A stretch of DNA of 64,000 bases from Candidatus Thermosaccharophagus tengchongensis. GTDB lineage: Bacteria; Armatimonadota; Fervidibacteria; Fervidibacterales; Thermosaccharophagaceae. The stretch lies in NCBI GenBank assembly GCA_032161105.1, contig JAVHTD010000001.1, one strand, 5' to 3'. The position numbers were made by a program, and so were the translations under genes. Positions within the stretch are counted from its first letter, which is position 1; each line of letters begins with the position of its first letter. Shown in pieces: positions 10,603 to 19,601 of this stretch. Below the pieces are notes generated by a model. The model saw nothing but the letters and a program-made list of their open reading frames with translations, was not told where the DNA came from and ran no database searches.

Positions 10603-11139
10603 TTACCTTTCGCCCTTTAACTCACCGCTGTAATGCCCATCACTTAGCAACCTACCTTGCGTCGCGCTGCGCATTTGGTTCGGCTCAACGCCATTGGCTA
10701 TCCCGCCGATGAAGAGTTGATTAATCTCTTTCAAGCACTTCTCATCGCCGCTTGCTGGCACTGTCGGTGGCGCGAAGAGGAACAACCTGTCACCAAACCG
10801 CATGAATGTCCCATCAAGCGCATAGCAAACTCCTGACAAGACATCCACGATGCGCTGCGCTTGTCTCCTGTCTATGTTCTGCAAGTTGGCGACAACCGCA
10901 ACGCCGTTCTTGATCAAATCGGCAGCCTCTTGGGCATCGTGCAATGAGGTGACGATGAGCAAGTAAATGCCGCCTCGCTTCATCCCGGGGAATGGGACAA
11001 CATTTCCCCTTCCCCAAAACTTCAGCCTTCGCCACCACGATGCCCTCTTCCCTTCCGTCTCCCCTTCAAATTCCTCTTGGTCTTCATTGTGATTCTCGCT
11101 AAGTCCATTCCTGCGAGCGTAGCGCGGGAAGTCACTCAT
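10603..11139 (-). CDS. sepF: Cell division protein SepF
   Basis: DAQEAADLIKNG...VVANL...AQRIVDVLSGVCYALDG...FLFAP; between yggS and proC. Confidence 0.9.
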   Translation of the reverse strand: MSDFPRYARRNGLSENHNEDQEEFEGETEGKRASWWRRLKFWGRGNVVPFPGMKRGGIYLLIVTSLHDAQEAADLIKNGVAVVANLQNIDRRQAQRIVDVLSGVCYALDGTFMRFGDRLFLFAPPTVPASGDEKCLKEINQLFIGGIANGVEPNQMRSATQGRLLSDGHYSGELKGER

Positions 11140-11302
11140 CCCTTTCTACCCCCTTTGATCCGGCTGGGCTGTGATGCCATTTGCGGTGCATGGCTACATC
11201 ACCCTTGTGCCCACCCTGGGAAAGCGAATTCAAACAGCCTCTTCATCACCTCCATCCGGTGGGATTTGGTAACAGCTTAACGGCTGCTGGCGCACTTATT
11301 CA

Positions 11303-12010
11303 TCACTGTCTCGGACCGAATATGGCTGTCCCAATGCGAATCATGTTTGCGCCCTCTTCAATTGCCACTTCAAAATCGTTGCTCATCCCCATTGAAAGGT
11401 AGTCTGCGCTAACACCGTTAATCTTGGCTCGCTCCACCCGCTCAAAGAGCATCCTCATCATTCGGAAGTATGGGCGCGCATCCTCTGGATCGGGCTTGTA
11501 TGGTGGTATGCACATTAATCCCCTTATTCGTATCCGCTCAAACTTTGCTGCTGCACGGATGAAGTCAATGAGCTCGTCCGGCGGGACGCCAGATTTTGTT
11601 TCCTCTTGACCAATGTTAACTTGCACGAGCACATCAACTGTGCGCCCCAATTGTGCTGCCCGTTTGTTTAGCTCCTCAGCGAGTGAAAGCCTGTCAAGCG
11701 ATTGAATTAAGTCGCAGAACCGAATTGCATGCTTTGCCTTGTTCGTTTGAAGGTGACCTATGAAATGCCATCTTACAGCCCTGCCGATGGCTTCGTATTT
11801 GCGCAACGCCTCTTGAACATAGTTTTCCCCAATGTCCGTCAACCCGGCAGCTATGGCAGCCTTTATCCTCTCCACATCTACTGACTTGGTTGCGCCAACA
11901 ATAATGATTTCGCTCGCATCACGCCCAGTGCGCCTTGCGGCATTGCGCACTCTCTCAATGACATTCATCAAGTTGATGGCGACCTGCTCAATGCCAACTT
12001 GCTCACCCAT
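11303..12010 (-). CDS. yggS: PLP homeostasis protein YggS/PipY
   Basis: GATK, GENYVQE, WHFIGHLQTNK, LSMGMSNDF, RIGTAIFG motifs. Confidence 0.96.
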   Translation of the reverse strand: MGEQVGIEQVAINLMNVIERVRNAARRTGRDASEIIIVGATKSVDVERIKAAIAAGLTDIGENYVQEALRKYEAIGRAVRWHFIGHLQTNKAKHAIRFCDLIQSLDRLSLAEELNKRAAQLGRTVDVLVQVNIGQEETKSGVPPDELIDFIRAAAKFERIRIRGLMCIPPYKPDPEDARPYFRMMRMLFERVERAKINGVSADYLSMGMSNDFEVAIEEGANMIRIGTAIFGPRQ

Positions 12011-12061
12011 ATTGCCATATCACCTTTGGACAAAGCGATGATTGACAACCTCATGCGGCGC

Positions 12062-12070
12062 ATTATATCA
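12062..12070 (-). promoter_or_regulatory. Putative extended -10 promoter for the yggS operon
   Basis: Minus strand reads TGaTATAAT about 50 nt upstream of the yggS start; no good -35. Confidence 0.5.
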
Positions 12071-12184
12071 CAGGCATGCGTGTAATCGCTTGATGTAGTG
12101 CCGTCGCATTAGCTACAATATAACTGCCAACAATTGGTGTTCACTGTGCGCATCGTAGGCAGCCTGCAGTGGAGGGTGACAGAG

Positions 12185-12517
12185 GTGGGGTGGTTAAGCC
12201 AACTGCAACATTGGTGGCTATGGTTTGCGGCGGCACTTGTATCGGGGATTGTCGGCGCCCTCACTGGCTCTCCCATCTCACTTTACATTGCACTTGGAGC
12301 ACTCGCTGCAGGGCTTGTGTCCGTTGCCTTTCCGGGGTTCGTTGAATGGATGGCTTTCCTATTTGTGACTTGTGGCATGTGGATGTTTTCATCAACCCTC
12401 GTGAGGAAGCGCAGAAGAGCAGTTGTTGCCAATCCCGGCGATGATAAGAGCGGGGATAGCACACCATCGGAAAGGGCTCGCGAAGGTAACCATTGCCCAC
12501 ACGATGACAGTCCATAA
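12185..12517 (+). CDS. Small membrane protein resembling the NfeD N-terminal membrane region
   Basis: WWLWF...LGALAAGLVS hydrophobic helices; GGAGGG before GTG 12185; no OB-fold tail seen. Confidence 0.55.
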   Translation: MGWLSQLQHWWLWFAAALVSGIVGALTGSPISLYIALGALAAGLVSVAFPGFVEWMAFLFVTCGMWMFSSTLVRKRRRAVVANPGDDKSGDSTPSERAREGNHCPHDDSP

Positions 12518-12536
12518 ACACCTCGCCGGTAAAGGC

Positions 12537-14294
12537 TCAATTTGTGGCGGGCTTGTGAAAGACGAATACCCTCACCGTTGGATTTGTATACATCATGTCA
12601 TGTGGGATGTAACTCGGACCGAACTTAACTCCGAAAAGCTCAAATGGGCGCTCAAAACGCCTCTCAGTGACGAGACCAAGTTTGCACAGCCTCTCAAGTT
12701 CGTTCAATGTGCGCAAAACCTTCTTATCGCGCAAGCGCACAAATTCACGATACTCAAACGATGTGGCGATGAAGGCGCTTGCGTTGAGGCGTTTGATGGA
12801 ACTCAAATCAAACCAAGTTGGGTGCAGCTTATAATTGACTCGCTTTGCTTCCTCCGAATTGGGGAATTGGCACTTCGCAAAGTAGCGTGCATACGGTCCA
12901 GCTATCAGCGGCTTAACGGGGACAGTGTAAAACCACGGGTTGCCAGCAATTGCAATGGTTGAACCAAACGGTATGTTAGCTCTGACCCACTTTGCAGCTT
13001 CGTCTCGCGCGTCTGGGAGCACCATGGATTTCACAACAGCGATTGAATAAAGCCCCGTGTATGCTACGATGATCAACCATAGCGCTGTTGCGATGCTCGC
13101 TTTGGCAGCCCTTAACAGAATGTTCTTTGAGGGGCGCACACATATTTGAAACACTTCACACAGAGCATTTCCGGCAAGGATGCACAGCGGTGGCACGATT
13201 GGGATCAAGTATCGTGCAAAACGAACTTTGAAGCACCCGACGATGAAGAAGTAAGTGAGCGTGAATGAGAGGAGAAGCAGGTCCTGAGGACGCCTCCTCA
13301 GGCACGCCCATAGGACGCCAAAAATGGACGCAACCATGAGCGGCAATCCCATGCCGGAGTTGAGGTTAACTCGCAAGTGATAGATGTGACCGTTTCCTGT
13401 GTTGAGGAAAAGCTCACCGTGTCCCATCCGCATATGCCTTGCCTCAAAGCTTACGCCGGCGGCGAATTCACGCCATGCAAGAACCGAATACGGACATGCA
13501 ATGAGAAAGCCGACAATGCACATCGCAACCGCTAACCCGATCAATTTGGAGACCCGCTGCACTTTAATCCATGCCGAGCTCGCAAGTTCGGATTCAACTC
13601 GGAATGGGCTGCTTTTAACGATGTGGTAAGCCGCCACAAGCCATGTGACGCATAGGGGCAAGAGGACGCCATATTTTGTTCCGACCGCCAACCCACCAAA
13701 GAATCCGGAGAGGAGAAGCATCTTAAAGACTTCACGCTGACTTTGTTTGATTGCCAACAGGGCTTGAAGCGCATAGAGCAGTGAGACCATGCTCCAGAAG
13801 GCAAGGGACACATCAACCGTCATGAAATGGGAGTGCTGAACATGAATTGGAACAAGCGCAATGAGCAGCGCTGAGAATATGGCGCTTATGCTGCCGTATG
13901 CCATCCGTGCCCATTGCCATACTATGGCGACCGTGAGCGTGCCGATGAGCGCATTTAACAGCCTGCCTGTTGCGTGTATGCCGCGCCAATAGGAGAGCGT
14001 GAGCACCCTTTGAGGCGTAAGCAAGCCGATGCCGATCGCAAACAGCACCGCAAAGTAAACGAGATAGGTGAAGAGGGAGCCGTAGTTGAAGTGATGCGGG
14101 TTCATGCGCAGCGAGAAGATGTCAAGGAGGAGCGTGCACAGGGCTATAGTGGCTTCGTCCGGGTGGTAGCTGAAGAAGTGCCAGTCGTTGGGCAAACCCC
14201 AGTTTATCCCAATAAGACGCAACGCTAATGCTACAGCTAAGATCAACAAAAGCGATAGCGCTGCTATGACCCCTCTCCTCATGGCTAAGTTCAC
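12537..14294 (-). CDS. GT-C fold polyprenyl-phosphate-sugar glycosyltransferase (ArnT/PMT_2-like)
   Basis: WGLP...YHPDE, HSHFMTVD, GLAVGTKY, RYLIP motifs; many TM helices. Confidence 0.85.
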   Translation of the reverse strand: MNLAMRRGVIAALSLLLILAVALALRLIGINWGLPNDWHFFSYHPDEATIALCTLLLDIFSLRMNPHHFNYGSLFTYLVYFAVLFAIGIGLLTPQRVLTLSYWRGIHATGRLLNALIGTLTVAIVWQWARMAYGSISAIFSALLIALVPIHVQHSHFMTVDVSLAFWSMVSLLYALQALLAIKQSQREVFKMLLLSGFFGGLAVGTKYGVLLPLCVTWLVAAYHIVKSSPFRVESELASSAWIKVQRVSKLIGLAVAMCIVGFLIACPYSVLAWREFAAGVSFEARHMRMGHGELFLNTGNGHIYHLRVNLNSGMGLPLMVASIFGVLWACLRRRPQDLLLLSFTLTYFFIVGCFKVRFARYLIPIVPPLCILAGNALCEVFQICVRPSKNILLRAAKASIATALWLIIVAYTGLYSIAVVKSMVLPDARDEAAKWVRANIPFGSTIAIAGNPWFYTVPVKPLIAGPYARYFAKCQFPNSEEAKRVNYKLHPTWFDLSSIKRLNASAFIATSFEYREFVRLRDKKVLRTLNELERLCKLGLVTERRFERPFELFGVKFGPSYIPHDMMYTNPTVRVFVFHKPATN

Positions 14295-14546
14295 TAATCT
14301 ACCAAGCTGCAGTCATTGTAGGAGTTGCAGCGGATGAACAGGATTGCCAGCAACACATGTTAGCGTTAGCAGAGTTGCATGTCAATGTGGGCATCGCTGT
14401 TGTGTTACAATGGTTTGCGAAACACCGCCTTAAACATCGCCCGATGGTCTTGATGAGGGGTTGTTGCCTTCGCGGTGAATGAAGTTGAGTGATGGACAAA
14501 GTGAGCAATCGCAGTGGGCGCCGACCTCTATCCTTGAGGGTGCTAT

Positions 14547-15197
14547 GTGATGGGGAAGATTTACCTCGTCAGGCACGGGGAGACAAAAGCCAATGTGGCT
14601 GGGAATGTGCTTTGCGGATGGACCGATGTGGAGCTGACGGAGAGGGGTGAGCGCCAAGCTGAAGCGCTTGCAAAGAGGTTGAGTGGTGAGGGCATCATTG
14701 CAGTCTACAGCAGCGACTTGAAGAGAGCAGTTCGGACAGCTTCATTAATTGCGGATGCATGCGGCGCGATACTTTACATTGAGCCAAAGCTGAGGGAAAT
14801 AAACTACGGCGATTGGGAGGGGCGTTCATACAACGAGATTGAAAGCGCAAGTGAAGAGTGGCGTGAGATGCTCAACAGGCGCAGGACTGATGCGATGCGA
14901 TTCCGAGCGCCGAATGGTGAATCATTTGCTGAGTTTGTGAGGAGGGTTACTGAGGCATTTGATAGGATATCAGAAAGGCACCAGAACCAATCAATCGCAG
15001 TTGTGGCGCACAAGATGACCAACCGCGTGATACTATGTTATGCTCTCGGCATTCCTGTAAGCCTCTGGTTCACACTGTCTCAGGATGAGGCATGCCTGAA
15101 TTTGGTGATGCACATTGATGGCTTTGGGTATGTCGTCAGCTGCGTTAACGACTTATGTCACCTAAGTGATGCCGAAGCCGGCATGGAGGGAGCATGA
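14547..15197 (+). CDS. Histidine phosphatase (phosphoglycerate mutase/CobC-like)
   Basis: LVRHGET, SSDLKRA, LREINYGDWEG, GES, VVAH motifs. Confidence 0.92.
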   Translation: MMGKIYLVRHGETKANVAGNVLCGWTDVELTERGERQAEALAKRLSGEGIIAVYSSDLKRAVRTASLIADACGAILYIEPKLREINYGDWEGRSYNEIESASEEWREMLNRRRTDAMRFRAPNGESFAEFVRRVTEAFDRISERHQNQSIAVVAHKMTNRVILCYALGIPVSLWFTLSQDEACLNLVMHIDGFGYVVSCVNDLCHLSDAEAGMEGA

Positions 15198-16825
15198 GCA
15201 TGTCTCTGAGGAGATTGCGCCGCTTCATACGGATAAGGGTTGTTCGCACAACGCTGTGGCTGAGTATCTTCTTCATCTTCCTGATCGGGACATTCGTTAG
15301 CTTCGGGACAATAAGAAGGGCTCCGCTTCGCCCAACACCTCCAAGCATCGTTGCCAAGGTCAACGGATGGAAGATAATGCGAAACGACTTTGATGAACGC
15401 CTGCGCAATGAGCTCTCTGGTGGAGCACATGATGTGCGCACTTGGGTGGCAATTAAGTATTCCGTCCTTGACAGGGTGATTGATGAGATACTACTCAGGC
15501 AGGCTGCAAGGAAGTATCGCGTTCGCGTCTCAAGGAGAGATATACACAAGCGCATAGATGAGATTGTTAACGAGCGCATCGCTGCTCAGAGGCGCGAATT
15601 CCGCACGCTCAAGGAATTCACGGACTGGGTCAGAAACAACTTCGGTTCATTGAATGCATACAGGGCGAAGATGCGCGACGAGCTGCTTGACTATCGTGGG
15701 GCGATTGAGCTTCAGACGCTTCAGGACAAGCTGCGCAAGATCGTTGAGAGCGAGGTTAAAGTCACCGATGAGGATGTGCGTGATGAATATTGCAGGGTTA
15801 GGTTAAAGCACATTCAGGTCAGCTATGACAGGTTCATGAAAGGGAAGGCAAATCCATCGCCCGAGGAGAGGGAGAAAGCGGCTAAGCTTGCGGAGGAGAG
15901 GGCTGAGAAAATTTTGGAGCAATTGCGCGGTGGCAAAAGCTTTGAAGAGCTTGCGAAGAGCGAATCTGATGACACTGCCACGGCGGGCAAAGGTGGGGAT
16001 TTGGGTTGGCTTGACTTGCGCCAACTCAGCGCAATGTATGGCGATGAAATTGCAAAGGCTGCTAAAGGGACTCCGGTTGGTAAGCCGACAACGCCGCTCA
16101 GGGGTATAACAGGTTACCACATCATCAAAGTTGAGGAGCGGAAGTTTGAGTTTCCACCGGAGTATTACAAGGCTCGGTATAGATGCACATCATGCCGCCA
16201 TCAATGGGAAGTCAGGGATACGCGAAAGGAGAAGCCAAGCGCCTGCCCGAAGTGCAACGGGAAGAAGATCAAGGTCGTATGGAGGGGTAGCAAAGAAGTG
16301 CTAAACGATGTTCGCCGCAAAATGGTTGACAGGGCTTGGTTTGAATTCCAAAATAGGCTCCGTTCCGAAGCCAAGATTGAGTTGATTGATCCCGAACTCG
16401 CCGCATATAGGGCTGAGACATACGAGGGTGATAGGGAGAAGGCTTTGAGGCTTTACAAGAGGGCGCTAAGATACGCCGAGACAATGGAGGAGCCGCTCGT
16501 CTTTCCGGCAGCGATACTCTATCGCGTGGGTTCGCTCTACGAAAGCCGAGGCAAGAAAGAGCTTGCGCTCCAAACTTACAGAAGAGCATTGTCGTATGAT
16601 GAAGACCCAGCGTTGCGCCTCCGCATTGCAGCAATCCTTAAAGAGCAAGGTAAAAGGGACGAGGCGCTGCGCGAGTTGAAAAAGGCATCTGAGGCGATAA
16701 GCGATCCCTATGACAGGCTTGAACTTGCAAGGCTGTATGAGGAACTTGGCATGAAGAAAGAAGCCGAACAGCAGCGCAAGCTTTTCCAAACCGAGCTTAA
16801 GGAGCGCTTCGGCAGTTCAATGTGA
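15194..16825 (+). CDS. SurA/PrsA-like parvulin PPIase with zinc-ribbon insert and C-terminal TPRs
   Basis: N-terminal TM, VAKVNG SurA-N, HIQV...FEELAK.ES.D...GGDLGW...GYHII parvulin, CTSC...CPKC, TPR-like helices. Confidence 0.85.
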   Translation: MSMSLRRLRRFIRIRVVRTTLWLSIFFIFLIGTFVSFGTIRRAPLRPTPPSIVAKVNGWKIMRNDFDERLRNELSGGAHDVRTWVAIKYSVLDRVIDEILLRQAARKYRVRVSRRDIHKRIDEIVNERIAAQRREFRTLKEFTDWVRNNFGSLNAYRAKMRDELLDYRGAIELQTLQDKLRKIVESEVKVTDEDVRDEYCRVRLKHIQVSYDRFMKGKANPSPEEREKAAKLAEERAEKILEQLRGGKSFEELAKSESDDTATAGKGGDLGWLDLRQLSAMYGDEIAKAAKGTPVGKPTTPLRGITGYHIIKVEERKFEFPPEYYKARYRCTSCRHQWEVRDTRKEKPSACPKCNGKKIKVVWRGSKEVLNDVRRKMVDRAWFEFQNRLRSEAKIELIDPELAAYRAETYEGDREKALRLYKRALRYAETMEEPLVFPAAILYRVGSLYESRGKKELALQTYRRALSYDEDPALRLRIAAILKEQGKRDEALRELKKASEAISDPYDRLELARLYEELGMKKEAEQQRKLFQTELKERFGSSM

Positions 16826-17458
16826 CTCCGAGATGCTGAAGACCTCATAACTTCCATTTGGATTGAAGCGAGCCATCTCCCCGCCCTTAAGTTCAATTTC
16901 CTTTCCGGTTGACGAAATTTTGAGGGTGACAACGCCGCTGTAGACCTTCACCGTGACGGAGTTATCTTGGTTAACACCGATGCTGAATTCCGTTCCGCGC
17001 ACCGCTGCCATCACAACTGGTGTGCGCAGCTCAAACACCGAACCCGGTGAGAGCGCCCTCTCAAACCTCGTGATGGCTTCGCCAGTCCGCAAGAAGAACA
17101 GCGATGTCGTCGTATTCTTCCCCTTGTCAAATGAGCTTCGCAGCACCCTTAGAACTGTTTTGGGCTTCAGCTCAATTTGAAAGTCATCAACCCAACGCAG
17201 GATTACGCGCCCATTCTCTCCGGTGTGAACAACATCAAATGTTTTGACAAGCATGCCCTTCATTAGGGGCTTCCTCTTACTCTCAAGCCCGAATCTTTCA
17301 ACATACGCTTCCCCCGAGACAAATTTGACCACAGCCACACGCTGCACAATGTGGATTGTCTTCATGCTCATCGTCGCCACAGCAGCCAATAGCAATAGCG
17401 TGAAGACGCTCAGCGCCACGATCAAGCGCATCTGCATCACCACCCAAAGATTGCTCAC
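16817..17458 (-). CDS. FecR domain protein
   Basis: TP...AVRGTEF...V.VYSGVV FecR motif; N-terminal hydrophobic segment. Confidence 0.85.
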   Translation of the reverse strand: MSNLWVVMQMRLIVALSVFTLLLLAAVATMSMKTIHIVQRVAVVKFVSGEAYVERFGLESKRKPLMKGMLVKTFDVVHTGENGRVILRWVDDFQIELKPKTVLRVLRSSFDKGKNTTTSLFFLRTGEAITRFERALSPGSVFELRTPVVMAAVRGTEFSIGVNQDNSVTVKVYSGVVTLKISSTGKEIELKGGEMARFNPNGSYEVFSISESH

Positions 17459-17511
17459 CTCTCACAAGTTAAGTAGCCACTCTAATTGTTCCACAGCCGA
17501 GCTTTGAGGGA

Positions 17512-18525
17512 TCAAAGCAACGGTGGCATTGTGCGGATGCGCAAGTTATACCTCTCAAGGACGGCGCTATTAACGACATATTCCGGCACATTGCCCTTGA
17601 GGGCACTTGTGACGCACTCAACGGCAAGTTCGCTTATCAGCCTTGCCGCATCGGCATCATGCGTCCCCATGTGCGGTGTGCATATGCAGTTTGGCATCCT
17701 GCGCAGTGGATGCTCGGGCGGCAATGGTTCAGTCCAATACACATCAAGCGCTGCACCCGCAATCCAACCATCACTGAGAGCCTTGATCAAAGCTCCCTCG
17801 TCAATAACTCCGCCGCGAGAGGTGTTGATGAGGAATGCCGTTGGCTTCATCATCTTGAGCTCCCGCTCACCAATCAACTTTTCCGTTGACTGGGTCAATG
17901 GGACATTGACTGACACGAAGTCGGACTCAATCAAAAGTTCTTCAAGCGAGACGAACCTGATGCCGAGCGATTGAGCCTCCGGCTTCGGCAAGATGTCGTA
18001 AGCTAACACATTCATGCCGAAGCCAAGCGCCCTCCTCGCTATTGCTATTCCGATTCGCCCGCACCCGATTATGCCGAGCGTCTTCCCCCACACACTGACG
18101 CCCAGCTTCGGCTCCCACCGTCCGTTGCGGATTGAGAGCGCCGCATCAACTATCCCGCGCGCAAGAGCTATCATCAACCCAAATGCCAAATCGGCAACCG
18201 CCTCGGGAACGAACTTCGGCGTGTAGGTCACAACGATTCCAAGCTCTGTGGCGGCGTCCAAATCAATTGCATCATATCCGACACCCCAACGGGCGATGAC
18301 GCGAAGCCTCGGAAGACGCAGGAGCACTTCCCTTGTGTATGCCTCAGTTGATGCTATCACTGCATCGGCGTCACTTAAGGCATCCACGAGCCTCTCTTCG
18401 GACAACTTCCCTTTGACCTGCGGACGGAAGACATCAACCCCGGCTTCGCGCAAACGCTGCAGCGCATCACCCCCGCAAACCCAACAAAGGTGTGATGTTA
18501 CTGCCACACGAGCATTCCAACGCAT
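17512..18525 (-). CDS. D-2-hydroxyacid dehydrogenase (phosphoglycerate dehydrogenase-like)
   Basis: GVGYDAID, GIIGCGRIG, INTSRG, LDVY..EP, TPHMG; no ACT domain. Confidence 0.9.
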   Translation of the reverse strand: MRWNARVAVTSHLCWVCGGDALQRLREAGVDVFRPQVKGKLSEERLVDALSDADAVIASTEAYTREVLLRLPRLRVIARWGVGYDAIDLDAATELGIVVTYTPKFVPEAVADLAFGLMIALARGIVDAALSIRNGRWEPKLGVSVWGKTLGIIGCGRIGIAIARRALGFGMNVLAYDILPKPEAQSLGIRFVSLEELLIESDFVSVNVPLTQSTEKLIGERELKMMKPTAFLINTSRGGVIDEGALIKALSDGWIAGAALDVYWTEPLPPEHPLRRMPNCICTPHMGTHDADAARLISELAVECVTSALKGNVPEYVVNSAVLERYNLRIRTMPPLL

Positions 18526-18657
18526 ACTCAATCACCCATGCTGAATCAACATGGGAAGGGCACAACCTTAAGGACGCCGTCTTCCATACAGTTAAATGAA
18601 CCCCTCATGCTCGCAGGTTTCGACTTCCAGACCAGTTGCTGGTTGATCAAATTCTCG

Positions 18658-19536
18658 CTACTGCCTGCGCAGAGCGTTTGCTATAGCTCTTATGTGTTCT
18701 GGCGTCGTTCCGCAGCACCCACCAATTATGCGGAAGCCGATGCCGGCAAGTCGCAGGGAGACTTCAGCCATCTGCTCCGGCGTGGCATCCCAAACAACCT
18801 CTTCGCCAATAACTTGTGGCTTTCCACCATTCGGCTTTGCAATGAGCACAGCTCCATGCGGCGCATACGATGCCATAAGCTCGGCAACTTGCAAAGCCGA
18901 TTCCAGACCGGCACCGCAGTTAAATCCAAACGCGTCCACCGGGAGTTCTGAGACAGCTTTCACGAACTCATTTGGCGATACGCCCATCATGGTGTGAGTG
19001 CCCCTGTCAAAGCTCATTGTCACAATTAGCGGTGCATCGGTGACCGAGCGCACACCGCTGATGGCGGCAAGCAATTCATCAAGTGCAGCGAATGTCTCAA
19101 GCACGAGTGCGTCAACACCGCCTTCAAGGAGCAGCAATGCCTGCTCAGCGTATGCGGAGCTCACTTCCTCAGGCTTAAGTGACCCAAGCGGCTCAAGGAA
19201 ATCGCCAGTTGGTCCCATTGAGCCCGCAACGACGATGCTATCGCTCACGGCATCTTTGGCGATGCGCGCCCCCGAGATGTTGACTTCCTTAATTAACCCC
19301 GCTAAGCCGGCTTTTGATAGCCTGAATCTGTTTCCGCCGAATGTGTTTGTGTAAACGATGTCGGAGCCGGCTTCCATATAAGCCCTCGGTATTTGCGCCA
19401 CGACATCCGGGCGATTCAAATTCCACTCTTCGGGGCAGCGAGCGCCGCGCAGCCCGAGCATTTGCAGCATTGTTCCAGTGGCTCCATCTGCTATAAGGAT
19501 TTGCCTCTCGTTTAATAGACTGCGTAGGTCTCCCAT
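18658..19536 (-). CDS. Homocysteine S-methyltransferase domain (stand-alone MetH Hcy module)
   Basis: ADGATGTML, TNTFG, GSMGPTG, ETF, GFNC, GGCCGTTPEHI zinc motif. Confidence 0.93.
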   Translation of the reverse strand: MGDLRSLLNERQILIADGATGTMLQMLGLRGARCPEEWNLNRPDVVAQIPRAYMEAGSDIVYTNTFGGNRFRLSKAGLAGLIKEVNISGARIAKDAVSDSIVVAGSMGPTGDFLEPLGSLKPEEVSSAYAEQALLLLEGGVDALVLETFAALDELLAAISGVRSVTDAPLIVTMSFDRGTHTMMGVSPNEFVKAVSELPVDAFGFNCGAGLESALQVAELMASYAPHGAVLIAKPNGGKPQVIGEEVVWDATPEQMAEVSLRLAGIGFRIIGGCCGTTPEHIRAIANALRRQ

Positions 19537-19601
19537 AATCTGCAGTCGCCTCCATCCGCCTGGGAGAATTGTGATTACCAGATTGCTTTGCAGTTGTTGG
19601 C

